A program made the position numbers and the translations under genes. Positions 26,904 through 35,306 of a DNA stretch of 57,092 nucleotides are shown here, piece after piece. This stretch comes from Dehalococcoidales bacterium (lineage in GTDB: Bacteria; Chloroflexota; Dehalococcoidia; Dehalococcoidales; CSSed11-197): positions 1 to 57,092 of the forward strand of contig JAQUNW010000005.1 in the NCBI GenBank assembly GCA_028717385.1. The letters run 5' to 3'. The notes under the pieces were generated by a model, which was not told the origin of the DNA, did not search any database, and worked only from the letters and a program-made list of their open reading frames with translations. The first letter of the stretch is position 1. Every line of letters starts with the position of its first letter.

Positions 26904-27012
26904 CTAGCTGGACTTGTGCCGGAGCCTCTTGATTTGATAAACTTGTTCGGTGATTAATTTGTGTGCTTCATTCACACAACCTCCCTCATTATTATTGAGT
27001 GGAGAAGGTATT

Positions 27013-27088
27013 GCGGGAGTAACTCAGTTGGTAGAGTGCCTGCCTTCCAAGCAGGTTGCCGCGGGTTCGAGTCCCGTCTCCCGCTCCA
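27013..27088 (+). tRNA. tRNA-Gly (anticodon UCC)
   Basis: Hand-folded cloverleaf: acceptor GCGGGAG/CTCCCGC, anticodon arm CCTGC-CTTCCAA-GCAGG, T-loop GGTTCGAGTCC, encoded CCA. Confidence 0.95.
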
Positions 27089-27128
27089 GTTTGACTTACC
27101 TAAACTGGTAGGTGAAAATGTAAACCTC

Positions 27129-27203
27129 GGGCTCGTAGCTCAGCGGCAGAGCGGACGGCTCATAACCGTTTGGTCGTAGGTTCGAATCCTACCGGGCCCA
27201 CCA
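27129..27203 (+). tRNA. tRNA with a CAU anticodon (elongator Met, or Ile2 if lysidine-modified)
   Basis: Acceptor GGGCTCG/CGGGCCC, anticodon arm GACGG-CTCATAA-CCGTT, T-loop GGTTCGAATCC, encoded CCA. It lacks the initiator-type GGG/CCC anticodon stem. Confidence 0.9.
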
Positions 27204-27210
27204 TCGATCT

Positions 27211-27244
27211 TGTTACACAACTCAAGTGTAACATCCCCTTCGTT
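27211..27244 (+). terminator. hairpin after the tRNA pair
   Basis: TGTTACAC-aactcaa-GTGTAACA is followed by a tccccttcgttt tract, which is weak. Confidence 0.45.
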
Positions 27245-27284
27245 TAGATTGATCTACCAGCTTGCCCGGTGCGCTGCGGCTAAA

Positions 27285-28058
27285 CTAGTTACCGCATTCG
27301 ATACTTATCATGTTAAACAGTCCCAAAAGGTCTGTAACTGTAGTTGCTTCCTTGGCACTGCCGGTTTTATCCAGAACTATTTTTCCCTGGTGCATCATAA
27401 TCAGCCGGTTCCCGTACATGGTTGCATAGCGTAGATTGTGAGTTACCATGATAGTGGTTATATTTTTTTCTTGTACAATTTTGTCAGTCAGGTCCATGAT
27501 TGTTTCAGAGGTTCTTGGATCTAACGCTGCAGTATGTTCGTCTAATATTAAAAAATCAATAGCCGTCATGGTAGACATGAGAAGCGCTAACGCCTGGCGC
27601 TGGCCACCTGAAAGCGAACTAACCGGGGTATCCATCTTATCCTCTAGCCCAAGTCCCAGCTGGTGCAGCATTTCGCGGTAATGGGCAATTCTTTTTTTGT
27701 TTGTGCCAGGTGTCAGGGAAAAAGGCTTTCCCTTGTTATCAGCCATTGACATATTTTCCAGTATTGTCATTCCTGAGCAGGTGCCCATTGCCGGATTCTG
27801 GTATACCCGTCCGATACGGCGATGCCGCTTGAAATCTGGAATATTGGTAATATCTTCTCCGTTTATAAGAATACTACCGCAATCTACGTCTATCGAGCCG
27901 CAGATAATATTCAGCATCGATGTTTTTCCGCTTCCATTAGACCCAACTACAGAGACAAATTCACCGTCGTTTATAGACAGGTTAAAATCCTGGAAAATGC
28001 ATGTTTCGTTGATTGTGCCTGGATTATAAATTTTAGAGACGTGTTTAAGATCAAGCAA
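27285..28058 (-). CDS. ABC transporter ATP-binding protein
   Basis: Walker A GSNGSGKTS, signature LSGGQRQ, Walker B ILDEHTAALD. Confidence 0.9.
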   Translation of the reverse strand: MLDLKHVSKIYNPGTINETCIFQDFNLSINDGEFVSVVGSNGSGKTSMLNIICGSIDVDCGSILINGEDITNIPDFKRHRRIGRVYQNPAMGTCSGMTILENMSMADNKGKPFSLTPGTNKKRIAHYREMLHQLGLGLEDKMDTPVSSLSGGQRQALALLMSTMTAIDFLILDEHTAALDPRTSETIMDLTDKIVQEKNITTIMVTHNLRYATMYGNRLIMMHQGKIVLDKTGSAKEATTVTDLLGLFNMISIECGN

Positions 28059-28935
28059 CGCTTTTCCTCCTTGCGCGCCGTTCGTGTCCCAGCACCAGTA
28101 TTATCAGGAATAATACTGCAGTTACGAGTTTCATGTCTGTTGCTGAGAGGCCATATGTAATTGCAAGTGCTACGCATGCTTTATACAGGACGCTTCCAAT
28201 GATTACAGAGCTGGTTGGCTTGATGCGATAGAAACGCTTGAACAGGTTTAGCCCGATGATAACTGAAGCCAGTCCTATAACTATAGTACCGGTACCCATC
28301 TGGATTTCGAAAAAGCGCTGATGCTGCGCCATAACGCTTCCGCTTAAGGCAACCAGAGCATTGGCAATAATCAGCCCGACGATTTTAACACTGCCTTTAT
28401 CCTTAGCCAATGAAGTAACTACAATTGAATTATCTCCAACCGCCCTGAGGAGGTATCCGGACTTGGTTTTAAGGTACCAATCAAGCAATAGCTTGCTAGC
28501 TATAGCTACTATACAGATGATTATCAAGGTTTTATATGGCGAAAGGAAGCTAGGGAATATTTGGTTAGTAAAACCATTGTTGAAAATAGTAGTTGTGTTA
28601 AAAATTGGTACATTTGCTCTGCCAGCAATATGTAGATTAATTGAGTATAGAGCGGTCATGGTAATAATACCCGATAGCAGGTCTCGCACCTTTAACTTTA
28701 CATGAATAAGCCCGGTCGCCAGCCCAGCCAGACCGCCGGCTATTACCGCCACAAGCATGGCAAACAAGGGATTAATATCAGCCGAAATCAGCGCTACTGT
28801 TACAGCGGCTCCAAGTGGATAAGTTCCATCAACGCCGAGATCCGGAAAATCCAGGATCTTGTATGTAATGTAAACGCCCATTGCTATGATGGCAAAGATT
28901 AAACCTTGTTCCAGTATGCTTATCAGCATATCCAT
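28051..28935 (-). CDS. ABC transporter permease
   Basis: Polytopic 294 aa that overlaps the ATPase gene by 8 nt. Confidence 0.85.
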   Translation of the reverse strand: MDMLISILEQGLIFAIIAMGVYITYKILDFPDLGVDGTYPLGAAVTVALISADINPLFAMLVAVIAGGLAGLATGLIHVKLKVRDLLSGIITMTALYSINLHIAGRANVPIFNTTTIFNNGFTNQIFPSFLSPYKTLIIICIVAIASKLLLDWYLKTKSGYLLRAVGDNSIVVTSLAKDKGSVKIVGLIIANALVALSGSVMAQHQRFFEIQMGTGTIVIGLASVIIGLNLFKRFYRIKPTSSVIIGSVLYKACVALAITYGLSATDMKLVTAVLFLIILVLGHERRARRKSVA

Positions 28936-29077
28936 TCCAGTACCCCTAAATATACACTTCGGGGGAATGCGGGATCTATACTGTTTTTTGCTCGCATTCC
29001 CTCGAAGATTTCTATAGCTAACATGAATATTTTATTCTTTATATCCGATAGCCGCATCTGCGGAAAGGTTCGCCTTG

Positions 29078-30055
29078 TTAATTTTCTGCTACATCAATAG
29101 CTCGGCTCGACAGTTCGCCTGGAAGGCTAATACCCATTTCTGCCATTACGTTGGAGTTTATGTACAGAAAACTTTCCTCGATAATTTCGAAAGGTATCTC
29201 AGACGCAGCGGCTTCTCCTTTTAGTACTTTGGCGGCCATTTTACCAGTTTGTTTTCCAAGATCGTAGTATTCTAGTCCCTCTGCTGCAACACATCCAATT
29301 TTTACCTGCTCGATTTCGCTTCCAAACACGGGGATATTTTTTACCTTGGCTGCTTCCAGGATGATGGGGAGAGAACCTACCACAGTATTATCGGTAAGGT
29401 TGGATATACAGTCTACTTTGGACAAAAGACCATCGATTGCCAGGGGGATATCTGCTGCAACGCTGATGCCGGTTTTCACAATTTCAAATCCGTAACCAGC
29501 GGCAAGCTCTTCGTAAACTGCGATGGCAGATTCTGAATTTACTTCGCTGGTGGTATAGAGTATTCCTATTTTGCTGGCTTCCGGCATGGTAGCGCGAATA
29601 AGTTTAAGCTGTGCATCTACCGGCAGCATATCACTGGTTCCGGTGATGTTGCCTTCATTGATCTGGGCCATAACGGGATCGGTTACTGCAGTAAAAATAA
29701 CAGGTATGTTTTTCCCCTCGGCAGCATTAAAGGCTGCTTGAGCCATCGGAGTGGCGATTGCGCAGATCAAATCGACCTTTTTAGAAACAAATGATTGGGC
29801 TATCAGGTTCGATGTTCCGCCATCAAAATTAGCATCCTGATAATCTACTGTAAGGTTCTCTCCCTCTATGATGCCCTCTTCTGCCAGCCCTGCCAAAAAG
29901 CCTTCACGGCAGTTGTCCAGAGATCCATGGGGGCCAAATTGTCCAATTCCAATTGTATAACTGTCATTTGTACCGGCATTACACCCGGATACAATCATTG
30001 TTGAGATAAAAACCAAGGATATTATGGCAAGAATCCTTTTCACTTTTTTCATCAC
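29078..30055 (-). CDS. ABC transporter substrate-binding lipoprotein (ABC_sub_bind / TrpX-like family)
   Basis: Signal peptide with lipobox VSGC. IGIGQFGPHGSLDNCREGF is typical of the family. The start could be GTG 30055 or ATG 30052. Confidence 0.85.
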   Translation of the reverse strand: MMKKVKRILAIISLVFISTMIVSGCNAGTNDSYTIGIGQFGPHGSLDNCREGFLAGLAEEGIIEGENLTVDYQDANFDGGTSNLIAQSFVSKKVDLICAIATPMAQAAFNAAEGKNIPVIFTAVTDPVMAQINEGNITGTSDMLPVDAQLKLIRATMPEASKIGILYTTSEVNSESAIAVYEELAAGYGFEIVKTGISVAADIPLAIDGLLSKVDCISNLTDNTVVGSLPIILEAAKVKNIPVFGSEIEQVKIGCVAAEGLEYYDLGKQTGKMAAKVLKGEAAASEIPFEIIEESFLYINSNVMAEMGISLPGELSSRAIDVAEN

Positions 30056-30185
30056 TCCTATTGGATTTTTTTTATTTTTTAATAAGTAAACCTGTTTTTA
30101 GTTCGTAAAAATATCTTTATGGCCCCACCGGGCCAGCACCTGGTATTTGGTTTATTCATGTCCCTCTCCTCCTTGTGATTTCAGG

Positions 30186-30477
30186 CAAACAAAAAGCCTC
30201 CTGTCCGTGAAGGGACAGGAGGCTAACCCGCGGTGCCACCCTTCTTAGCTTCCGGCTTGGAAGCTATCTCTGCGGATACAGGGGAAAACCCCGATATCCT
30301 GAGGTTTGATAACGCTCCTCTCTGCGTCCAGGCCTACTTGCTTTTTAGCTTTCGGTTGGCAGCTCCCAGATCCATTCAACCCGAGCGTAGAAACCGGTTC
30401 CCACCAATCCCGGCTCTCTGGATTCCCGTTTTCGGGCATACTAGCTCTGTTCTCAGCCTTTGTTTATTAAGTTTGAT
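30186..30477 (-). promoter_or_regulatory. T-box riboswitch leader, probable Trp specifier (UGG at 30374..30372)
   Basis: On the minus strand: AG bulge/distal loop CCAGAGAGCC...TTGGTGGGAACC, specifier context GAA-UGG-A, T-box sequence AGGGTGGCACCGCG (30242..30229), and terminator AGCCTCCTGTCC-cttcac-GGACAGGAGGCT + TTTTTGTTTG (30224..30186). Confidence 0.85.
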
Positions 30478-30483
30478 AAGAAT

Positions 30484-30511
30484 AATATACCCTATTGAGC
30501 CTGCCTGTCAA
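30484..30511 (-). promoter_or_regulatory. sigma70-type promoter for the T-box leader
   Basis: On the minus strand: TTGACA (30511..30506), a 16-nt spacer, then TATATT (30489..30484). Confidence 0.5.
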
Positions 30512-30609
30512 AGGTTGAGGCGGATAAGGTTGCAGAATTAGGACTTCGGTTTTTAAGAATGTATAATAATGGCACACCGAATGATTTTAACCAGGTATCA
30601 ACAAACATT

Positions 30610-31230
30610 ATGCCTGAACTTTTAGCTTTATACGGGACCGTTGTATTTACTTCTATTTCCGGAGTAATGATGCCGGGACCTATGTTTGCTGCTACGCTAG
30701 CCAAGAGTTATAAGACTCCCTTTGCCGGCGCATGGATTTCGCTAGGTCATGCAGTGGTAGAAATACCAGTGATTCTGTTGATATATTTTGGTTTTGCCCG
30801 TTTTTTTCAGCATCAGATTGTCCATATAGCACTGAGTCTTACTGGGGGCGCCATGATTATATTTCTGGCGGTCAGTATGTATCGGGCACGCCACGATGTT
30901 GTAACAGAAAGGAGGGACGTGCCTTATAGTGCTTTTGTTGCCGGGATTGTAATGAGCGCGCTTAACCCCTTTTTCCTGCTATGGTGGGCAACAGTTGGAA
31001 GCATGCTGATAATGAAGGTGGTGCCGTATGGAGCAGGGGCGCTGACAGGCTTCATTGTCGCTCACTGGCTGTGTGATTTGGTATGGCTTTCTCTCATATC
31101 TGGCCTGGTATACAAAACCCACAACTGGTGGAGTGGAAAAGTGCAGTTGTGGGTTTTTGTCTTAAACAGCCTGTTTTTAGCAGGTTTTGGCGGTTGGTTT
31201 ATTTATTCCGGCTTTGCTTCTATGCTTTAG
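30610..31230 (+). CDS. LysE/RhtB family amino-acid exporter
   Basis: About 200-aa polytopic protein containing GPMFAATL and NPFFLLWW. Start chosen at an internal Met; the ORF track start is 30559. Confidence 0.8.
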   Translation: MPELLALYGTVVFTSISGVMMPGPMFAATLAKSYKTPFAGAWISLGHAVVEIPVILLIYFGFARFFQHQIVHIALSLTGGAMIIFLAVSMYRARHDVVTERRDVPYSAFVAGIVMSALNPFFLLWWATVGSMLIMKVVPYGAGALTGFIVAHWLCDLVWLSLISGLVYKTHNWWSGKVQLWVFVLNSLFLAGFGGWFIYSGFASML

Positions 31231-32137
31231 CCTCCCCTTTATTTAGCCAGGGAACAAAGCGTTTCCATTCCTTTTTCTCCCATACAACGAGCAAGGTTGC
31301 TGCGATGAATATCGAGCTAAAAGTACCAGCAATAATACCGATAAGCATTGTAATAGCAAAGTTGGCAATGGTTGAACCAATAAATAGCAAAAGTGCTACA
31401 ACTACCACCAATGTGGTGATGCCGGTATTCAATGAGCGGGTTATGGTTTCCACCAGGCTATGGTTAACGATAGCAGCGAAGTCACTATTGGGATGATTCA
31501 AGCGGTTTTCCCGAATCCGGTCAAAAATTACAACCGTATCGTTTACACTATAACCAAGGACAGCCAGAACACCGGTGACAAACATCAGGTTAACTTCCAG
31601 TTTAAAGAAAATAGAAAGTAGGGCAAATATGCCGATAACTACTATTAAATCATGTACCAACGCTAAAATTGCGCAGGTGCCATAGCGGAAGGGTTTGGGC
31701 ATTCTTCGAAAAGCCCAGGTGATGTACAGCATTATACTGATAGCAGCAATCGCCACAGCTATGGCTGCATTTCTGGCAGTCTGCCGGGCAATAATCGGAT
31801 CAACGTTTTCAAATGCAAGCTCTTCCAGGCTACCGAGCTTTTCTTCCAGAGCAGCTTCCATGGACGCTTTTTCTTCGGCTTTAAGTGTGAGGGTACGTAT
31901 TAAAAAATCACCCTCACCAGTGACTTGCACAACGGCATTTTCATAGCCCAATTCGGATAGCGCTTGCCTTAGCTCATTCAGTTCTATGCCTTCTTCAAAG
32001 CTGAGGGTCAGGATTGATCCGCTGGAAAAATCAATTCCCATTTTTAAACCACTGGTAGCCAGTGTTACGATGCAGACGAGTAGTACAACGGCTGAAAGGG
32101 CAAACAGCTTAAAGCGTTTTCCAACAAGATCTATCAT
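31220..32137 (-). CDS. secF: protein translocase subunit SecF
   Basis: 305 aa. It shares 1 nt with the secD stop and has a typical SecF membrane core (DTVVIFDRIREN). Confidence 0.9.
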   Translation of the reverse strand: MIDLVGKRFKLFALSAVVLLVCIVTLATSGLKMGIDFSSGSILTLSFEEGIELNELRQALSELGYENAVVQVTGEGDFLIRTLTLKAEEKASMEAALEEKLGSLEELAFENVDPIIARQTARNAAIAVAIAAISIMLYITWAFRRMPKPFRYGTCAILALVHDLIVVIGIFALLSIFFKLEVNLMFVTGVLAVLGYSVNDTVVIFDRIRENRLNHPNSDFAAIVNHSLVETITRSLNTGITTLVVVVALLLFIGSTIANFAITMLIGIIAGTFSSIFIAATLLVVWEKKEWKRFVPWLNKGEAKA

Positions 32138-33474
32138 TATTTTTCGCCTCCCAGATATGGGCTGAACAGCCGTTTATTAACAGAAATTCTGGAACCTAAA
32201 AATAGACGCATGATAGTGCGGGTTACCACTATTGCGGTAAACATACTAACCGCGACACCCAGGAACAACGTTACCGCAAAGCCTTGAACGGAAGCACCAG
32301 CTGCGACGGTTGAACCCACCCAGAACAGGATTGCGCATACAATAAAAGTGGTGATATTCGAGTCCCGGATGGCCGACCAAGCACGATTAAAACCGGCTTC
32401 GGTGGCCGAACCCAAAGTTCTCCCTTTTTGTAATTCTTCTTTCATGCGTTCAAATATAAGCACATTGGCATCTACCGCCATACCGATAGAGAGAATAAAA
32501 CCACCAATACCAGCCAGTGTAAGCGTAACCGGTATAAGTTTGAATAACGCCAGGGTGATGGCTGCATAAAACAGCAATGCAAATGAAGCTACCAATCCCG
32601 GTATACGGTAATAGATAATCATAAAAAACAAAACAAGTGCCAGACCGATTATACCAGCCTTCAGACTCAGGGTGACAAAATCTGAACCCAGGGTCGGGGA
32701 GACGGTCTGCTCGTAAATGACTTCCAGCGGAACCGGCAGCCTCCCAGCATTCAATTGCTGGGAGAGAGTAGTTGCTTCATTAAGGCTGAGACCTGTAATC
32801 TGCCCGCGATTGGAAATAACCGATTCAACGGTCGGGGCTATAGGCTGTCCGTCATCCCCCAGTAAAGGTTGGTCGCCTTCAAAAATACCCAGTCTTTGCC
32901 CTATCAAACGGCCAGTTACCTGCTCGGAGAGTTTTGCCCCCTCCTCGTTAAATTCAAATACCAGTATAATTCTTCCAAAATCGTCAGTGGCTGCATAGGT
33001 ATTTGCTTTGAAATAACTGGAATTAAGGGTTTTTTGTTCTCCGTTGATTTCACCTGTAGCCGGGACCCATTCTTTCTCGCCGTCGTCGTCAATATCTTTA
33101 TATTCACGAAATTCAAGCAGGGCAGTTCGGCCAATGCGGTCCTTTTCAACATCACTGATTGAGAGCCCGGGCAGACTGACTATAATCCGGTCTTCCCCCT
33201 GTTTTTCAATTTGGGGCTCAGAGACTCCAAGCGGGTTGATACGGTTGGTGATGACTTTAACGACTCCTTCAAGGATCTCATCTTTATTGCCATCGGTAAT
33301 GCCGGAGAGATCGGCTTCGTATACCAGGCGAAGGCCGCCCTGCAGGTCTAGCCCCAGCTCAATCCCTCTGGAAAACAATACCCCGTCTCCCAGCGGAAAT
33401 ACGATTAACATAGAAACAACAAAGATAATCAGTATCACCAGAGATGCAATAATGTTTTTTCGGGTCATGTGCAC
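32137..33474 (-). CDS. secD: protein translocase subunit SecD
   Basis: 445 aa containing LGLDLQGG, AGIGGFILSIGMAVDANVLIFERMKEE. Confidence 0.9.
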   Translation of the reverse strand: MHMTRKNIIASLVILIIFVVSMLIVFPLGDGVLFSRGIELGLDLQGGLRLVYEADLSGITDGNKDEILEGVVKVITNRINPLGVSEPQIEKQGEDRIIVSLPGLSISDVEKDRIGRTALLEFREYKDIDDDGEKEWVPATGEINGEQKTLNSSYFKANTYAATDDFGRIILVFEFNEEGAKLSEQVTGRLIGQRLGIFEGDQPLLGDDGQPIAPTVESVISNRGQITGLSLNEATTLSQQLNAGRLPVPLEVIYEQTVSPTLGSDFVTLSLKAGIIGLALVLFFMIIYYRIPGLVASFALLFYAAITLALFKLIPVTLTLAGIGGFILSIGMAVDANVLIFERMKEELQKGRTLGSATEAGFNRAWSAIRDSNITTFIVCAILFWVGSTVAAGASVQGFAVTLFLGVAVSMFTAIVVTRTIMRLFLGSRISVNKRLFSPYLGGEK

Positions 33475-33487
33475 TTAACCTTCTTAT

Positions 33488-35050
33488 TTATGGTTTTATA
33501 ATACCCTTACCCTGGCGATAATCACGATTATCAACCATAGGCAGGTCTTTACTACCTATTATTTCCCCGACAAGTTTTAATGCCTCGCCGCGCGTTGTGA
33601 TATCCCCTACCGCCTGGGCTTCGGCAACTGCTTCCAGAATTGCCCTGATAATAGGCCCTGGCGCTAAATTAAAATTATCCAATAAATCGTGCCCGTTAAT
33701 CAAGCTTGGCGCTTTAGTGCTTTCCTCCATTGCTTCTTTCTTGCCTATCACCATATCTGCAATCCGGCAGTGTTCAGCCCAAAAGCCAGCTTCCAGAGTT
33801 GGTCCTCGCGCGGCTAGATGATCTGCCAGGCTGAGAAATAGCGTGTCGATAGCTATATCACCGGTATCACGCAAGTAGCGGTAGATTGCCCTGCTGGTTG
33901 GCAATTGCCCCTTCTGATTCATTTGCACTGGCCTGAGGTGATGCAAGGTCATACCAGCTGCCATTCTGGTTTCCTTGATAGAAAAGCGTAAACGCGTAAG
34001 AATACTTTGGGTAATGGGTTCTCCGTGTGCCGGGTGTCCATAAAAACGTATACGTCCATCCTCAGTAATTGTGCGGGTATCTGGCTTGGCGATATCATGA
34101 AGCAGAGCGGCAATTTTTAATATTTGACGACGGTTGCTGTCAACCGCTACCGGGTATTCGAAATAATTTTGGATGTGGTTGTTCCAAGGTGCTATTTTCC
34201 GAGCGTCGCTAGCTGCATAAGGCCAGTTGCCCTTTCTTAACAGATAATCAACCGCATCTATGCATTTGACTGAATGGCCAAATACATCCCAATGGTGTTC
34301 CTTTGGTTGCTGGGTAGTCTTACACGGAATAAGCTCAGGGATGATCCCTTCGAGAATGCCCAATTTATCCAGTTGAATTATTACGTCTCCAGTATTGTCA
34401 ATCTTGAATAACCTGAGCAATTCTTCGCGTACGCGCTCTCCGGCAATACCGCGAATACAATCGCTATTTTCCTTTAGTAAAGATAGAGTGTCACCGTCGA
34501 TTTTAAAGCCCAGCTCCTGTGAAAGCCGGACGCATCGCAGGAGCCTGATGCCATCGTTTTTAAACACCTGTGGGGATACGGCGGAGATCGTTCTGCGGGA
34601 AATAGCATCAATGCCCTGATAGGGGTCAATTAACTCTGGTACAGTAGCACCTGGAACAAGATCGTTTGCTTTTTCAATTGGTAACGCCATGGCATTTATG
34701 GTGAAATCCCGCCGGGCTAAGTCATATAGAATGTCATCACGAATAGTATTTATGTCCAAATGTTTGACTGTTGATGCCGGTTGATAATCTTCAGGGAGAA
34801 CTATTCTGGCTATATGGTTTTTCGAATCGAGAACTACGAAATGGCCATTAATAAATTCGGCTAGAGCCGGAGCGGTAATCAGAGCGTCACTTGAGATAGC
34901 CAGGTCAATATCTTCTGGAGTGCGACCCAGAATGCAGTCGCGCAGGTATCCGCCAACAAGAAAAGCGCTACCCGCGCTTTGAGAAAAAAAGGCTTCAACC
35001 CTGGTTAATAATCGGCTGTTTTTTTGGTTCAAGCCCCACCACGCATTCAT
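33488..35050 (-). CDS. cca: CCA-adding tRNA nucleotidyltransferase / poly(A) polymerase family protein with an HD domain
   Basis: Contains GGYLRDCILGR..DIDL, RRDFTINAMA, and HD domain LLHDIAKP. Confidence 0.8.
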   Translation of the reverse strand: MNAWWGLNQKNSRLLTRVEAFFSQSAGSAFLVGGYLRDCILGRTPEDIDLAISSDALITAPALAEFINGHFVVLDSKNHIARIVLPEDYQPASTVKHLDINTIRDDILYDLARRDFTINAMALPIEKANDLVPGATVPELIDPYQGIDAISRRTISAVSPQVFKNDGIRLLRCVRLSQELGFKIDGDTLSLLKENSDCIRGIAGERVREELLRLFKIDNTGDVIIQLDKLGILEGIIPELIPCKTTQQPKEHHWDVFGHSVKCIDAVDYLLRKGNWPYAASDARKIAPWNNHIQNYFEYPVAVDSNRRQILKIAALLHDIAKPDTRTITEDGRIRFYGHPAHGEPITQSILTRLRFSIKETRMAAGMTLHHLRPVQMNQKGQLPTSRAIYRYLRDTGDIAIDTLFLSLADHLAARGPTLEAGFWAEHCRIADMVIGKKEAMEESTKAPSLINGHDLLDNFNLAPGPIIRAILEAVAEAQAVGDITTRGEALKLVGEIIGSKDLPMVDNRDYRQGKGIIKP

Positions 35051-35148
35051 AATTTATGATATTTCGTACGTTGAAACTATACCTTAAAGCAGTAGCAGGT
35101 TCAAGTAAATGTGCCCATTCAGGTTGGTATTGATACTTGTTTTGTTAT

Positions 35149-35242
35149 TCTGTGTCTTCCTCGATGAGCACGTAAGTGCGAAGAAGGATCTTCCCCGTAA
35201 TAGTGGCCGTTGTAACATAGGAGTGTTTCCCTATGTACGAGC
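35149..35242 (+). repeat. dispersed intergenic repeat, copy A
   Basis: CTGTGTCTTCCTCGATGA-[GCAC-GTAA-GTGC]-GAAGAAGGATCTTCCCCGTAATAGTGGCCGTTGTAACATAGGAGTGTTTCC...ACGAGC. See copies B-E. Confidence 0.85.
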
Positions 35243-35306
35243 TCTAATCTTAAAAGATTCTTTGCTCCATTTCGGGTATTACAGAGGATGCGGTAAACAT
35301 CTGGTC

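Noticed and set aside
26961-27179. 72-aa ORF on the plus strand
   Set aside because: It is fully explained by the two tRNA genes it overlaps (tRNA-Gly 27013..27088 and tRNA-CAU 27129..27203). It has no RBS.
30079-30159. 26-codon ORF (MNKPNTRCWPGGAIKIFLRTKNRFTY) with a strong AAGGAGGAG RBS, between the T-box terminator and the binding-protein gene
   Set aside because: It is too short to evaluate without conservation data. The single Trp codon is suggestive of a leader peptide, but a T-box already explains the regulation. It is kept only as a note, and comparison with relatives could revive it.
35160-35183. Hammerhead-ribozyme-like string in repeat copy A: CGATGAG-CAC-GTAA-GTG-CGAAG
   Set aside because: The core reads UCGAUGA, not CUGAUGA. 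The GAAA/cleavage-site context is missing. The GAUGA/GAA elements are not conserved in copies C and E (GAGTC, GAGGC). This is most likely coincidental resemblance. A K-turn-like tandem G-A arrangement remains possible but is unproven.
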